64,000 nt of DNA from Tubiluchus corallicola (taxonomy: Eukaryota > Animalia > Priapulida), in contig JAQGDQ010000053.1 of assembly GCA_030141605.1 (NCBI GenBank), positions 620,001-684,000 of the forward strand, read 5' to 3'. The position numbers and the translations under genes are program-made. Shown here in pieces: positions 63,100 to 64,000 of this stretch. Position 1 is the first letter of the stretch. The number at the start of each line of letters is the position of its first letter. The notes under the pieces are model-generated. The model was given only the letters and a program-made list of their open reading frames with translations, did no database searches and was not told where the DNA came from.

Positions 63100-64000
63100 G
63101 TAAAATCATTTTCAGGTCCAGCTTTATTACTAATTACCTGTAAACTATAGAAAATATCTTTAAAAACATCCCTTTCATAATACTTTGAAGTACTACTACT
63201 CTAAGCAACAACAATGCACAAAATTATCACAACAGTACCAGATTTAACAGACTATACTACATCGCTGTATAATTTAAATTTTATTTTTTACTAATTAAAG
63301 TGAAATTCTGTGCATATAGTGAAAAGCTACATCTGTAAAAATTTTTTTACCTGAAGTATTTTTCCATTAGAAAGAAGCATCAGTTTCGCAAGCAAAAACG
63401 TTTAACAAGCACAACTTTATACACGTTTGTTGCTTTAATTATTGCTTGCAATCGACAAGTAGTTTGGAGGTATAAACTTACAATCAAGTTCCGCACAAGA
63501 GTATTACTGGAAACAATTTAAATGCAATACAATTTGGCAATTTTGACAAGCTAGTATAATACTACATGTTTCCAAACATGTGCAAAGCAAGGTCGAAAAA
63601 CGATGAGTGCTGTGAAATCACATAACACATACAAGTTCGGTTTTACAACAATAGCAGCTTAATAACAACAGAGACAAATATTTACTAATAACTATTATAA
63701 CATCACAAATATTAATTACTGAAATTAGTCTTACTTTAAAAATTAATAAATTCTAGATACTACTTCCTCAAAGAAATGTTTCATAAAACACATATAAGCA
63801 TGGATGATTTTTCAACAACTCCTACAAAATTCAGGTAAAACTGGAAATGCAGCAAGTCTAAAAACAATGTCTTTAGTGAACAACAGAATTGATACCCGCA
63901 GTCAATTCAGAAAACTCTTGATAATGGTGATAGTAAGCGAAGTAAGCGACTGCGTACAGTAAAAGACATCATATTCTTCATTACAATGTACATTACAGTA
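63100..64000 (-). other. Possible 3' UTR of a convergent gene outside the window
   Basis: Composition flips from T/G-rich to A/C-rich near 63060; TTTATT (minus-strand AATAAA) at 63123; no coding sequence visible. Confidence 0.3.

Overview
AT-rich eukaryotic genomic DNA, most likely an invertebrate metazoan (lineage not determinable here), with GT-AG spliceosomal introns. Three intron-containing genes lie on the + strand: (1) the large terminal exon of an SRRM1/SRm160-like splicing co-activator (436-2818; 5' exons outside the window); (2) a complete 15-exon SCAF4/SCAF8-family Pol II CTD-associated factor (20379-37702; CID-RS-RRM-long low-complexity tail, about 1744 aa by my exon assembly); (3) a RANBP3-like CRM1 export cofactor (about 45974-61184; 13 exons, about 554 aa, first exon tentative). 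Introns and intergenic DNA carry decayed non-LTR retrotransposons, a pogo-like element with HTH_psq and PHD remnants, a Harbinger relic, hAT- and Tigger-like MITEs, tRNA-derived SINE heads and several tandem arrays. I found no convincing new multi-gene system. The best leads are motif rearrangements in the host proteins (RANBP3 NLS-like motif downstream of the Ran-binding domain, repeated short motifs in SCAF and SRRM1), candidate alternative or poison exons, and a mosaic CpG-methylation footprint. All family assignments come from manual translation and recalled family motifs, not database searches.
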